Shown here one piece after another: positions 51,263 through 64,000 of a stretch of DNA of 64,000 bases (within the stretch, counting starts at the first letter, position 1; every line of letters starts with the position of its first letter). A program made the translations under genes and the position numbers. This DNA comes from Epiperipatus broadwayi. Its lineage: Eukaryota; Animalia; Onychophora. Below the pieces are notes generated by a model. It was given only the letters and a program-made list of their open reading frames with translations, made no database searches and was not told where the DNA came from. The stretch lies in the NCBI GenBank assembly GCA_028023455.1, contig JAQFVV010000003.1, positions 3,658,001 to 3,722,000 of the forward strand, written 5' to 3'.

Positions 51263-53895
51263 GTAAACAATTTAAAGAATAATATATTTCATTATTTTAT
51301 TTTCAAAAAACAAGTGTATTTTTGACTTTATTCAGATTACACTGTTATTAATTAGTTGAAATGTATGTATATAGATAAAATATAGACAGCTATAAATACT
51401 AAACTGAAGGGCAAAGGCCTTTCTATCATTTTACAATGTAACAATGAAGAAAAAGAAATTATTCAATAGAGCAATCAATTGCTATTGGATAAAGATTTCA
51501 TGCTATTTTTTTCTTTGTTTTTCTGAGCAATAATAGGATAGTTAACTAGATTGGCTATGGGCTGGATACATGAAATTAGTATTAAGCTTGCTTAGAATTA
51601 AGAGTTCTCTGAAAAAATTTCTCAAATTTATCCCAAGTTTATATGTATGGCAAGCAATGTGCTAGCCACTACATTTTGATGCCTTCCATGTTTTCAGTTA
51701 TTTAGACCATAAATTATTCATTTTATAATATATTTCAGTTTTATGACTTTAGAAGTTATTTTAAAATGGTTTGCAGTAGTTGAGAATCAAGCTCAAGAAT
51801 GTCTTTTTTTTTTTTTTGATGCTGAGCATATATTGAAGAGAAAATTGATGAGTGCATAGGATTTCTTTTTTTTTTTAAATATCTATAAAAAAAAAGTCAG
51901 ATTATGTGCAAAAAAAGTTAATAAAAATATCTGAATTATAAGATAAATTAGTTCCAGTCATTTCCAACATTTTAAATTTTTATCATTCGATAATTAATCA
52001 AAAAACTACTTGTAATTACCTATAAATATAATATATTTTTGAAAATGTACTTTTTTATCTGTAACATAGAATTCTAAATATGACTAATTTTGTATAAAAA
52101 TTATAAATGTTTCCATGTATATTATTTAAAAGGTGTACTTTAATTATATATATTGTATCGCTAATGAATAGTAGCGCTCCATGAAAAATTGTGTTTATAA
52201 TTGTTAAAAATTAAAATTTTCATAAACCACATAAAGTTTAAAATTGATAATGAATAATAAAAAAAGAAAAAAACATTTCGTTTGAAAATAAATAAATTTA
52301 TAAAAGTCTAAAGAGTTTTATTATTATTAGTTTAAACAAAAGGCACTTTGCTACAAGAAAATAATCTATAAAAGTTTAAAGAGTTTTAAACTTTTGTGTA
52401 GGGAAGAAAATTAACTTGGAAAATTTAAAAGTAGTTGAATTGCAAGTAATTAAGAGTTAAAAGTACGATAGTTTAAACTATAAATCATTTATATAATATC
52501 ATATTTTGTATGTATAAAAGGAAGTCTCATAATTTTGTTTTCACAAGTTTAGATTATATTTAAAGAGTTCAAAGTTGATGCTAGATTTTGTTGTTCCTAT
52601 TTCAATCTACTAACCCCACCCAGGTCAATATATAATACTTTCTTTTTTTTTTATTACTTATTGATAAATAAAATTTATAATCAATGTTGCTAACATTGTT
52701 TATATTAGTTTGAGTTTTTGCATTAGGAAAAATAATAAATGAAACAACATTTTTTATTCATATCTACATATTTATACATACAGTTTAACTTTAAAAAATA
52801 TATTATTTTTAGAGCTAAATATTAAATACTATTTCAAATGTTATCTAAGGTTTTACTTTAGTTAGCCATTGAAAAGTTAAAATGAGACATATGTAAAACT
52901 ATAGTTTCAGAAGCCACTTTCACTTCATCACTGTGTAGATTAAAATCTCATATTTTGTTTAAAAAATTTATTTACAGTCTGTATACATTTAAACATAAAT
53001 TTTGCAATAAAACAAATTACTTTCCTAATTTTAATGTTGGATTTATAAAAATGTTGATTTATATTAAATTGAAAATTTCTAATACATATACAATCGATAT
53101 AAAATTGTAAAAAAAAAAAAAAAACACCAAATTTTTCTTTTATTTTTTTTAACAGAAAAACGTTTTTTTAATTATATAATTATTTCTGAATATGAGTAAC
53201 TATATGTGCCAAAACATTAAAATATAATGGGTTTTTCAGTTAGAAGAAATAAGCAGAGAGTGTGATATTACTTTATAATTTCATAATTATAACTGTATAA
53301 AACATAAAGAATGCTATGGCAAATTTTAACAGGTGGATCAAAGTTTGATTTATATGTAAATATAGTTAATATATATTATTAATTATTGTTATAATTTCAA
53401 CTCAAACTTTAAAAATTTAATAGCATCCACAGTTTTATATAAGCAAAAATTCATTGCAAAATTATAAAAGATTTTAATTGCTTTAATAATAATATTTAAA
53501 AATGAAATTTTCAGTTTGCCTAGATAATGAAAATGTGTGGTCTTTCAATATTCATATTTTGATTTTTTCATAGTCTGTTGTTCACTATCCATACATAATT
53601 AATTTCAATGGATATATGCAAAGAAAAGAGAATTTTCACTAATATATGAACAGTAATACACTATCGTTATTCTACCCTTATAAATTTATGTGCATGTGCA
53701 TAATTATGATAGGGAGGGATTCTTGTGAAATTACAGATAGTTTATGTTCTTGATAAAATCAGTGAAGGTTGACAGTGCCAGATCAGTTTTTTTATTCATT
53801 GCTATTATGTAAATATTAGATATTACATTTGAGATTATATATGATGAAATTTACTGAAGTAGTAGTACTTATTATTGCGCTTTTTTTTTTATTAG

Positions 53896-54158
53896 GATGG
53901 GATGCCTGATAGTATTCTTCAAGAATTTATAATTCCTGAAGGAGAGCAAGTAATAGGATTATTTCACATACCAGTTAAAGGTGACAGAGTTTTGAGAGGC
54001 CGTCCAGCAAAAACACACATTAAAAAAACCATGGTTACACTTTATGGTCAAGGTCCTGAAAGTCCAGTTCATATATCTGAAATGATTCCGGATGCTGCTC
54101 ACCTTTTGGACTCTTATGTTATTGTTACAACAACATCTATTTATGTTTGTCAAAGCAG
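53896..54158 (+). CDS. Host gene coding exon F: DGMPDSILQEFIIPEGEQVIGLFHIPV...LLDSYVIVTTTSIYVCQS(R/S)
   Basis: Poly-T attag acceptor and CAG|gtatt donor; 263 nt, phase 0/2; overlaps ORF 53902-54180. The next exon was not found in the window. Confidence 0.9.
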
Positions 54159-55362
54159 GTATTATTTTAAAATTTTTTAAGTTTACTGCACAGTTGTTTT
54201 ATATATATTGAGATGCTTTGCCGATCTCAAAAATTTAATTTATCAGTCGGTTAGCCAAGCAAATTTAATTGTAATTTAAGTTGTGTTTTTTAAACTTAAA
54301 TTGTGTTTCAGTGATTGCGGTATTATGTATCTATGTGCACACACTAATAGGAAAAGATTTTAAAATTAGCTGTTTATTTTAATGTAACAATTTTTATTTT
54401 AAAAAAGCAAACTTTGTAACAAATTTTGTTATCTTTCTGTGAAAAATTTTATAGAGTCCAAAGACAATGCTTAATTTGTAAAATTTTCTCCTCATCAACT
54501 CTAATTCCTTTTATTAGTTAAGAATTTAACAAAAATATAGTTTCATTTCCATTAAGCTTTGTCATCTATAAAATCCTTTAGTTAGATAATTAATCTGGAA
54601 TTTTGTAATTAATGTAAAAATGCTAGTGTATTTGAAAAAAAATATTTTAATCACTGATTTTCTGATTGAGGAAATTCTTGAAATTCCTGATTGGGATGAA
54701 CGATAAGTGGTGGAACTATATAAGACCAACTAAAATTATTAATTTATTCTATCCTATGTTCTGCTGACTTCATTAGATTTTGCTTTATTCTACTTACGCC
54801 ATGTTATAAGAGCCCATTTGTAAAATGAACTCCAAAATCATTCCAATTGCCATCTCTGAAGCCATGTGTGGCTAAGGCATCCCAAAGGACAAACTTCTTT
54901 TCAGCATGAACTCCTCTTTTGCCAGAATATACTGAATGCACCTGCCAACTGGTCTCATGAACCAGCCAACTGTCACATCCTAGAAATCATCTTAGCAAAG
55001 CACTTCTCAACAACTAAGAAACAAAGAAACTTCCATGAAAGTATATCAATGTGCAAAGATTACATACTTATTTGATTAATCTGTACAGAAAATAAGAGCT
55101 CTCTACCCTGTTAGTATGGACTAAGAGTAAAAACTTTATATGAACTATTTTTTATATATGTATCGGTAAACCACTAATCTAGGGGTATACTTATTTCATT
55201 AATTCATATTTTATTACTCATATATTTCTCAAATTACTATACAGAAAAAGAATCAGAATTAAAACCAATTTTTTTTTTCTGTTGCACTTCAAGTATACAA
55301 TAGTCAAATATGTTTAAAAATACATATATACAAGCAACAAAGATTACAAATTATAAAATTAT

Positions 55363-55412
55363 CATAGAAAAGCCTTTTTCGGCAAATTATGTTTTTTGCC
55401 CTTTTCAATATG
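55363..55412 (-). ncRNA. Minimal type I hammerhead ribozyme, U3-A8 core variant (mirror copy)
   Basis: Same as the + copy but with a perfect CATA/TATG stem I. Confidence 0.7.
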
Positions 55413-55584
55413 TCTCCACAATTTAAAGCACATACAGCGACATCTATATCAATATATGAGAGAAGACAGATAAACAAATGGATATCTGACACGAGCTATT
55501 ATGTGATTTTTTTTTTCATTCTCAATCCTACTAAAAAATTACTCTGTTATATATATTGAATTGATATATATCCACATATATTAA

Positions 55585-55914
55585 TTAATGAACTATCCAT
55601 TCTTTATCCATTAACCACTTATTATTCAACTTAATGGATGTTTTGTATATATTCATACAGTTGTGTTTATTATACATGATATAGTTTGTTTCATATATTT
55701 TAAGTCTATTTACATTTTTAATATAATCAAGAATACTTATATTATCATTACAATTTATTTTATATCTGTACTGCAAATAATGAACATATAACGCAGATCT
55801 ATCATCTTTCCTAGCAATAGCATCATTGTGTTCTTTAGCTTTTTCTCCCAATTGCTTTGACGTCTGGCCATAGTAAACCATATTACAAAAATTGCATCTA
55901 ATTTTATAAACCAT
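55585..55914 (-). pseudogene. GIY-YIG endonuclease fragment (Penelope-like), left arm
   Basis: MVYKIRCNFCNMVYYGQTSKQLGEKAKEH...SALYVH...KIYETNYI follows the PLE pattern VYKIPCxxCxxxYIGQT...EH...SAL..H...E..I. Confidence 0.9.
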
Positions 55915-56011
55915 TCCTCTCTTATATGTTATATATAAAATATAAGAGAGGAATGGTTTATAAAATTAGATGTAATTTTTGTAATATGGTTTACTATGAT
56001 ATAAGAGAGGA

Positions 56012-56340
56012 ATGGTTTATAAAATTAGATGTAATTTTTGTAATATGGTTTACTATGGCCAGACGTCAAAGCAATTGGGAGAAAAAGCTAAAGAACACAA
56101 TGATGCTATTGCTAGGAAAGATGATAGATCTGCAACATATGTTCATTATTTGCAGTACGGACATAAAATAAATTGTAATGATAATATAAGTGTTCTTGAT
56201 TATATTAAAAATGTTAATAGACGTAAAATATATTAAACAAACTATATCATGTATAATAAAAACAACTCTATGAATATATACAAAACATCCATTAAGTTGA
56301 ATAATAAGTGGTTAATGGATAAAGAATGGATAGTTAATTA
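56012..56340 (+). pseudogene. GIY-YIG endonuclease fragment (Penelope-like), right arm, frameshifted near 56233
   Basis: Same peptide as the left arm; a small deletion ends the ORF at 56236. Confidence 0.88.
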
Positions 56341-56516
56341 ATTAATATATGTGGATATATATATCAATTCAATATATATAACAGAGTAATTTTGTAGTAG
56401 AATTGAGAAAGAGAAAAAAAAATCACATAATAGATCGTGTCGGATATCCATTTGTTTATCTGTCTTCTCTCATGCATTGACATAGATGTCGCTGTATGTG
56501 CTTTAAATCGTGGAGA

Positions 56517-56566
56517 CATATTGAAAAGGGCAAAAAACATAATTTGCCGAAAAAGGCTTTTCTATA
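56517..56566 (+). ncRNA. Minimal type I hammerhead ribozyme, U3-A8 core variant
   Basis: CATA-TTGAAAA-G-GGCAAA(AAACATAA)TTTGCC-GAAA-AAGGCTTTT-C-TATA. Stem II 6 bp; stem III 3 bp plus a 4-nt loop; predicted cleavage after C56562; stem I has one mismatch. Confidence 0.65.
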
Positions 56567-59309
56567 ATAATTTTATAATTTGTAATCTTTGTTGCTTGTA
56601 TATATGTATTTTTAAGCATATTTGACTATTGTATATTTCTCAAAATATAACTTGTTTTTTGTATTTTAATTTTATTAATTTTTGTTTATTGATCTTAGCT
56701 TTTATATAGTATTGTAGATTATAAATATTCCAGTTTTAACCCTTTAATGTCTTTAATTTTTTGACAGTTGACCAGTTAGTTAAATTTTTTTGACAGTTGA
56801 AAATTCTATAGTTTTTTAGAATTAGTTATATTTTACTTTTAAAATTTAACTGAGTTATTAAAAAGAATATTATAACAAAATTTTCCCTTTCAATTTCATC
56901 ATTGTTTTTAGAGCAAAAGTAAAACGGTTTTGTAAGTTAGATTTAAAAAAAAACAACAACTCGGGATCAATATTTTTTATATATGTTTAATTAATGTCTC
57001 AGAACTTGACATATTTATTTTTTCATGATGTATGTGGATGTGTGTATAATAATTTTTTTTAAATATGTGTGTTAACAGTTAAAATAATAGCTGTTTACTT
57101 GTGTTTATATCAGACGTACCCGAAAGAAACAGATTAGTGGCTTGTGTGTGTGTGCATGCATATAAATGATCCCTTTTTAGATACCATGAGGAAATTTATT
57201 TATCTATTTGGCCTTTTATTTATTTCTATTTAGCATTGGGTTCAGCTAAGTTTCTGCCCATACTCATTTATATATTTTTCTAAAACCCGTGTTTATTTAC
57301 TGCATAAAAGTAGCAGTTATTATAACTTTTGCATTGGATCAAATGTAATAAAGCTTTCCATGCCCTCTTTATATATTTTTTTGCTATTATTTGACACGAG
57401 TTATCTATGGGCCTTTTAATTGTTCATATTTCCTCTCATAGATTTGGGTCTTGCACTGCATATGAGATGTAGTATAAAAATTCAGTGCATGTGAGATTGT
57501 TTATTAATGAAGTTTGCCAATGCTTAATTAATAACTAATCTTTTACAGAGATATATGCACACATCTGCAATTGCCCAGTATATGGAGAATTCTATTATAT
57601 TCACACTCAATTATTTAATGATAAAATTAATTCAAAGAGAAGAATCAAAACAATCGACTGTCAAAGACAATAACTACTTATTTAAAAGGGTTTATATTAA
57701 CTTTTAATATGATTGAGGTACCTATAGTTCATATCCATCCATTAATGTGAGTTATTTATTGTTTTTGTGTTTTACTATTGTTATTTATTAATAAAAAGTG
57801 TTATTAATTGTTAGATTTGTCTGATGTTTGTTTGTTTATTGTTGTCTGCCGTATCAGTTGTTTATTTTATTAAAAATCTCTACTCTCCCTAATCTAGTGG
57901 CAATGATTAATTTATATATATATAGATGAATAGCTGTGTAGACACTTGTAATGAATATTCAAATCAATCAAAAATAAATATTCTATGGTAGAGGCTTATT
58001 GTTACCATTGGTTGATGGATATTAGGTGCAGGATATTCGGTATAATATATATACAGTTTTCAAATTTTAGCATGTGTGTGATAGTTTATTCTTACTACTA
58101 TAATATTGACATTTTGACTGGATCTCGCTTATTATTGTCTGGTAATAAGGATGAATTGGTAAATTGTTACAGACTCCTGGCGTACAGTGAGATTAGAAAG
58201 ATGGCAAGCAATTCAATTTTTTTATTGTGAATGAAAATATAAATCAAATGTGTTAAACTATGCCCTTATTTTTAGATGATTTAACAATATTTCATGTCTC
58301 ATTTCAGTTATAAATAAATTAATTAAATCATTAAAAACAGCTGAATTTCATATATTTGTTGTTTTTTCAATATAGATAAAAAAAGACATTGTCATAAAAT
58401 TTCTTTCTTTTTTTACTTTCTGTTTACCAAGGAATTGTTATATAGGTAATATTGAAGTGACAAATACAAATTTTAAGGTTTGCATTTAAATTTGTCATTC
58501 CTGATTCTGGTCTTTCTGTCTTTATTATTACTTTTTTATCAATAAAACTCAGAGATCTAAATAATTTTATCAGTAATTAGCTATGCAATATTTATCAAGG
58601 TTTACTCATTCTGAAATCACAATGCTTTAAAATATAACTCAATAAAAAAATTTTTTTCTTAATTTTAATATAAAAAATAATATTGCAGATACACTATTCT
58701 GGAAAGATTATAAATTTAATAAGATATTATATATAAGCATTGCTTTCGACCAGGTCGGTCATATTCATAGAACTACTGTAAGTTTATATAAATAGAATTT
58801 ATACATTAATAATTTATATATATCATTTATGTGATAATGTAATGCACAAGTCTTTTTTATTTATTGCATTGGTGTTATTTTCAATAAACCATGCCTCTTT
58901 ATATATATTTTTTCAAATCATTGAGTTTAATGCAAATGACTTTTATATTAAGAGGATCGAAACTGTGGCCTGATTTCATTTCATGTTCTAAAAATATAAA
59001 TTTAATAGTAAGTTCTATTTTAGCACATTTATATACATATATTTGTGTTATGCTAATCTTGTAGTGCAATTGGCACGAGACTCACCATAATAAATTGCAT
59101 TACATTGGTTTATTATATTTAATTTTATAAACTATTTGGAGAGCTTGGTTTGGAGATAATTTATTTTTAGTATTGTTCAAAATTTGATTAATATTAGGAG
59201 ATGTTCTAAAACTAAAATTGAAATCATTTGAGCAGATTGTTTTTATCTTTTTAATGTGGTACAAAAGGAATAATTTGTAGTATAGTTCTTAACCAATTTC
59301 AGTTAGCAG

Positions 59310-59410
59310 TTATTCCAAAAATGTTCACTACAGCAACATCACCTTTGCATATGTCCTATCTGGATGATGTTCTTGTCTATGCTGAAGAAAAACAATTATT
59401 GATGTAAAGG
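59310..59410 (+). pseudogene. Possible isolated reverse transcriptase fragment
   Basis: Reads HMSYLDDVLVYAEE (YLDD at 59357-59368). No other RT motif recognised nearby. Confidence 0.3.
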
Positions 59411-60195
59411 ATGAATTATTTCATTTATCTTACTTTAGTTTGAACTATAGAAAATGACAAATGGCATAAAGTTTTTAGATGTGTATGTTCAACTTTCAAA
59501 CTCACAAATTAATTATAAAATGATTATAAAATCTATTAACATTTGTGGTGTAATTCACCACTTTCTTATACTCCAATTTCACATAAATTGGCTGGCTTCA
59601 AATGTATTTTTGGTTGTCGTCAAATAGCTACTATATCCCACTCGATGGCGCAGTTTTCACACTTAAACTATAAAATATGATCATTCCCGGGCCGTTAATT
59701 ATAATCATTTTGATGTGTTTTTTGTAATGCAAAAATAAAAACAAAAGAAAATCGTCTTTTTTAAATATTATTTAATTTTAAATATTATTTTTTTTATTAA
59801 CGTATACAAATTAAATGATAATAATAAATGTAAAATAAAATAAACAAATTACAATTTGATTTGTCTTTTTTAGTTTGCTTTTTATTAGAAAAATCAATTT
59901 TCTATCGGAGATTTTTTTACTGGGGTTACGGCTTTTTTTTTTGTTGTTGTTTACCGCTATTTTTTATTTCAAATAGAATGACAACTAAAAGTAAAAGTTG
60001 TTACAGTTAGGTTTAGGGTTATTTTTCTGTTGTTTGTAATGCTAAAATATCAAAATCGTATTTTTGTAAATATTTTTTTTTACTAACATCTATAAAATAA
60101 ATGGTAACAATAAACGTAAACTATATTCAACAAAGTATAACAGTAGTCGGAGAAAAGAAAGAAACTAAAACTTTTTTAAACAATGACATATATAT

Positions 60196-63100
60196 TGTAA
60201 CCGTTCGATTGTTGTCCCAACTACATAATATCACCAAAACATAAGTACGCTAAGAATTGTAACCTCGATCACCGATCACTTCCCGCTGCACATTGTCAGC
60301 TATTAAGAGCTGTAACCAAAAGCATATCATGCTATTTATATTATGCACCAAAGACCACAACCCACATCTGGAGCAACTTATCACAGACCAAACCAATGAT
60401 ATGACATAAATTTTTTATGATTAAATTTGATCGCAGTCAGGATGTACCGCGAATACCTATCATAGTAGTATGATAAAATATATTAAACAAATTATAAGTG
60501 TAATGTTATTATCTTTCAAACCTTAATTTGCGATTTTTATTGTATGAGACCCGATGGCCGACCATGTACAAGATGGCATAATTTGTGGAACTACATAAGA
60601 TTATGAAATTTTAAACCATCTATATGATTTTTAATACAAATGCTAGTCCAGGTAAAGCTTTGCAATAAATAAACATAAATACTTGGGTTCTTTTTTTATA
60701 GTTTACTATATCACTGAGACTCTTATTATACTGACAAATGACAATTTAAAAACGTTAAGTAAATATATTCAATCATGTCATTATCTGGTAAATCTGTTTA
60801 CAAGTTTAATAATTAATTTATATTTTATACTAGAATCAACTACGCAAAGCTAAAATGATGGAAAAGGTAAATGGGATTTTATTGTACCTTACACATCATA
60901 AACTACCAAAGACGAGAAGCATCCAAATGTTTTCTCAAAATATCACTAAACTCTTATATCATGTTGACGATAGTATGTACTTCAATGTATGCTCTATCCA
61001 AGGTTTATGATTTCTGATTTTACGAATGACAAATAGCAACGGCACAGTAAGTTTAATTATAAATCAACGTTTATTTACAAATTTATGAATAATAAGTAAT
61101 TAATTCTAATGTTATAATTAAAGACATAAATAAACAAATAAAATAAATAAATTATAATTCCATCGACTTTCTTCAATAACATATCATAGGTACGGTTTTT
61201 AAAAACCTAATCATACCTTATATTTCAATTTGATATAATGAATGTATTGAGGAAATTATACTAAATTCAACATCAACTCATGAAACATCTAATGTCATTT
61301 CCAGATTCAATAAATCTATACCGTAAACTTATAATAATATAATAAATAATATTATATCTGTAGGATTTAGCTATAATGCAATCATTAAATAAAGTGAAAA
61401 TTTAAACTTACATTCAGGTAAATAATAATCAACCAACAGTTAATTATTATGAGGTAACTTGAATAGAATGTCCTGCTACAATTTAATGATCTAACTTATA
61501 AATTATACTTACAAATGGAAGAAGATGATTTAGCAGAATAACTAAAATACTTTGCCCAACTTATATCTATGAAGTAAAACCATATTCCTGTGGATGCATT
61601 CATCTACACATAGGAATTAAATAACACTAAACGCTTTGTGGATTTATACACCATCATAAAGTAATAAGTATAATTACACAATTCCGCGGATTAACCACCA
61701 GCACAGGAATGAGTGTAAAATACAAAAAATGGCAATTAAGTAATCTGCGGATTAACCACCGGCACAGATTAATGCCTTTTAACATTATAAAACAACATTA
61801 CTATTTACTTCACATTAAAGTGCAAAATCATCCTCCTCAGTTATTCTGACCATTCAGAAAACGCTAACATTTTAGCAAATGTGGGTTCTTGCATAATAAA
61901 ATGTTACGCTAATCAGGATAACTAATGTACTAACTTATCTTGCTTAAGATAAAACATATGTAATATAATATAAGTAATATTAGTATAGGAATATAAATCT
62001 GGAAAGACTCACAAAATACCTCATAAAAATTGATACATCTCATAAATTCATTTAGTACTTTTCAAGCTTTTTCGCAAGCGCTATTCTCTTGAATAAGTAT
62101 TTTATTCAACCCCTATTAATTTAAAATTAATAAAATATAACTTATGAACTTCACATGCAAGTTCATCTAACGATAAAATTAAAGTAATGCATTATTCATC
62201 AAATACATAAAATCTAACAGGTGTGTGTGTGATATAAATTAAATGTATAGCATATTATAGTTCAATACATGAATTCTAACAGGTGTGTGTATCACAAATT
62301 AAATTGTATAGCATTTTATAACTACAAATATGATCCATGAAATCCATGTACGATGTGTCGAACAATAAATATACGAAGTAATAGCTACAATTATAGTTGA
62401 ATTCCATACATGTAATTTTATCCATTTGTATTAGTTATTATAAGCACTATTAGATTAACGATTTTACGTGGCTCCATAAACATGAAACAATTTCAAAACA
62501 TGACACGCAGAATTTAAATGAAAATGTTTTTCATAAGTTATTAATTTCTACATTTCTCTATTAAAACCGTTCCAAGTTTATCACATCCATGTTAATATTT
62601 ATTTATCCACGCTTAAATCTAGGAATACTAATTATAGCAATTAATTTAATCATTCCAAACTGACGATAAAATTAGAAAATAGCTTTGATCAATTATTTGA
62701 AGACTGTTTATTATCCAAATGGTAAACAAATTAACTAGCAAATATATTACTGGCACTGCAAAGTTAAATATCAATCAATACTATATTTTTTTATTAAAAT
62801 TATAAACGGAAATATTAAACTATGTTAATAACTTTAACATTTTACTTTAATTTAAACTTCTTCTTTTTTTTTTTAAAAGCAAATTTTCATATTTATAAAA
62901 CTTCTGTAATTAAAATACTTATTTAATTTTTTCCAAATTGTAGAATAATAAATATTTTAAAACATACCAAAATCTTGTAATTAATTCTGTTTTTTAAACT
63001 GGAAAGCTCCGACATATTTCAAATGTAATATTGGAAAATTATTACTGGCGATTTGATCCACCTGGCTAGCCGACTTGAACAGACTTTTAAATTTAGCAAT

Positions 63101-63710
63101 TCATCTTATTATTAAATACCACTATGTTATTTTTACGTTTATAGAAAACTTTGTGGTAATCCGTTTACTTGTTAACTATTTTAAAATAAGCTTATCATAT
63201 TTACACCATTTACTTTTTACCATTTTCTTTTCTTTATCCCTCCAAAAGCAACACTATCAGACGATTTTTTTTTTAATTCGCGCTTTTTTCTTTTTTACAT
63301 TGAAACGCATACGTAATTACTGTATTTATTTTTAATAATTAAATTTAGTTGAACAAATGGTTTTTTTTTTAATTCAATGGAAATAATTTTTAAGACCATT
63401 TTAAACAAATAAAAATTATTATTATTTTTAATAATATTTTACCAAATTTAATGTGTTGTCAAAATTTTTAAAAAGTTAAACATTTTGATATGAATTAGTA
63501 TATGGAAAGAAGCAATTTAAATTTATTAAAATAATATAGACAACAAGTAAGGCAAAATATTACCCATTCTCTCTAATAAATTATTTTGAATATAAGAGAG
63601 TAATCTGTTCAAAGTGCAAATCAAGCCAATCAAATCACCAAAAAAAGAAAGAGAAATTTTTATACCAGTTACATCAATTATTATATTTTATACTAAAATA
63701 TATGGTTACA
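60196..63710 (-). mobile_element. Solo LTR 4 (3515 bp), probably reverse orientation
   Basis: Perfect 7-bp terminal inverted repeat TGTAACC...GGTTACA with ATAT on both sides (60192-60195, 63711-63714). Orientation inferred from minus-strand TATTTAATA (63118-63110) followed by a GC-richer stretch. Confidence 0.8.
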
Positions 63711-64000
63711 ATATATATACAATGTTTATAATATATGTTTTTTATGACATTTAAAAAAAAACGTGTATAATTCTACTTTTCTTACGGGATATTTTTGTGT
63801 TAACGTTCTTTTTTATTTCAGAAATATACACACTGTACAACTTCTTTGTCTCGTGGAATGTTACGAACAGTACGTTACTTGACTTGTTACCTAATTACAA
63901 CTCATTTTATACATATATCTCGTCAACATTTACTACTTAAAACTTCAATACACTACGGTGTAAAAAGTCTGTTAATTATTATTTTACAAAATCTGAACAT

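Larger units (their letters stand above)
55291..56638. mobile_element. Penelope-like element relic in palindromic arrangement (left arm minus, right arm plus)
   Basis: 55291-55925 is the reverse complement of about 56000-56638. Both arms encode a GIY-YIG endonuclease fragment followed by a pseudo-LTR-like tail with a hammerhead motif. Confidence 0.9.

Noticed and set aside
54840-55075. ORF 54866-55075 and a minus-strand FGMP string as an RT fragment
   Set aside because: A single short motif with no flanking RT motifs; probably a TE relic but not assignable.
57549-57700. Phase-compatible candidate exon after ttttacag
   Set aside because: The peptide is unremarkable, the donor is weak and nothing supports it independently.
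57985-58230. ORF with LLLSGNKDELVN (SAP-like), considered as the next host exon
   Set aside because: No convincing phase-2 acceptor and donor pair; most of the ORF is low-information AT-rich sequence.

Overview
Very AT-rich eukaryotic genomic DNA, probably arthropod/insect (inferred from composition, intron size and element types). One host gene runs on the + strand. Six coding exons (10828-10895, 13398-13520, 43701-43788, 47033-47163, 51089-51262, 53896-54158) splice in phase into a roughly 280-aa internal piece of a beta-strand-rich protein I cannot name; its start and end were not found. The 30-kb intron holds a decayed Ty3/gypsy element (14414-30867, ATAT target-site duplication) with two solo LTRs nested in its RT and integrase. 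Further solo LTRs lie at 33412-35883 and 60196-63710. There are also LINE relics, fold-back MITEs, a 339-bp tandem-plus-inverted array and a palindromic Penelope-like relic (GIY-YIG plus a hammerhead ribozyme in each arm). The most interesting unexplained signals are in the long LTRs: a covarying hairpin at the first base of U3 in four sequence-distinct families, a constant 0.6-0.7 kb U3 followed by 1.4-2.9 kb of R-U5, decayed antisense reading frames in that segment, and an array of six conserved 15-bp motifs. No rRNA, tRNA gene or CRISPR array was found. All alignments were done by eye; no database searches were run.
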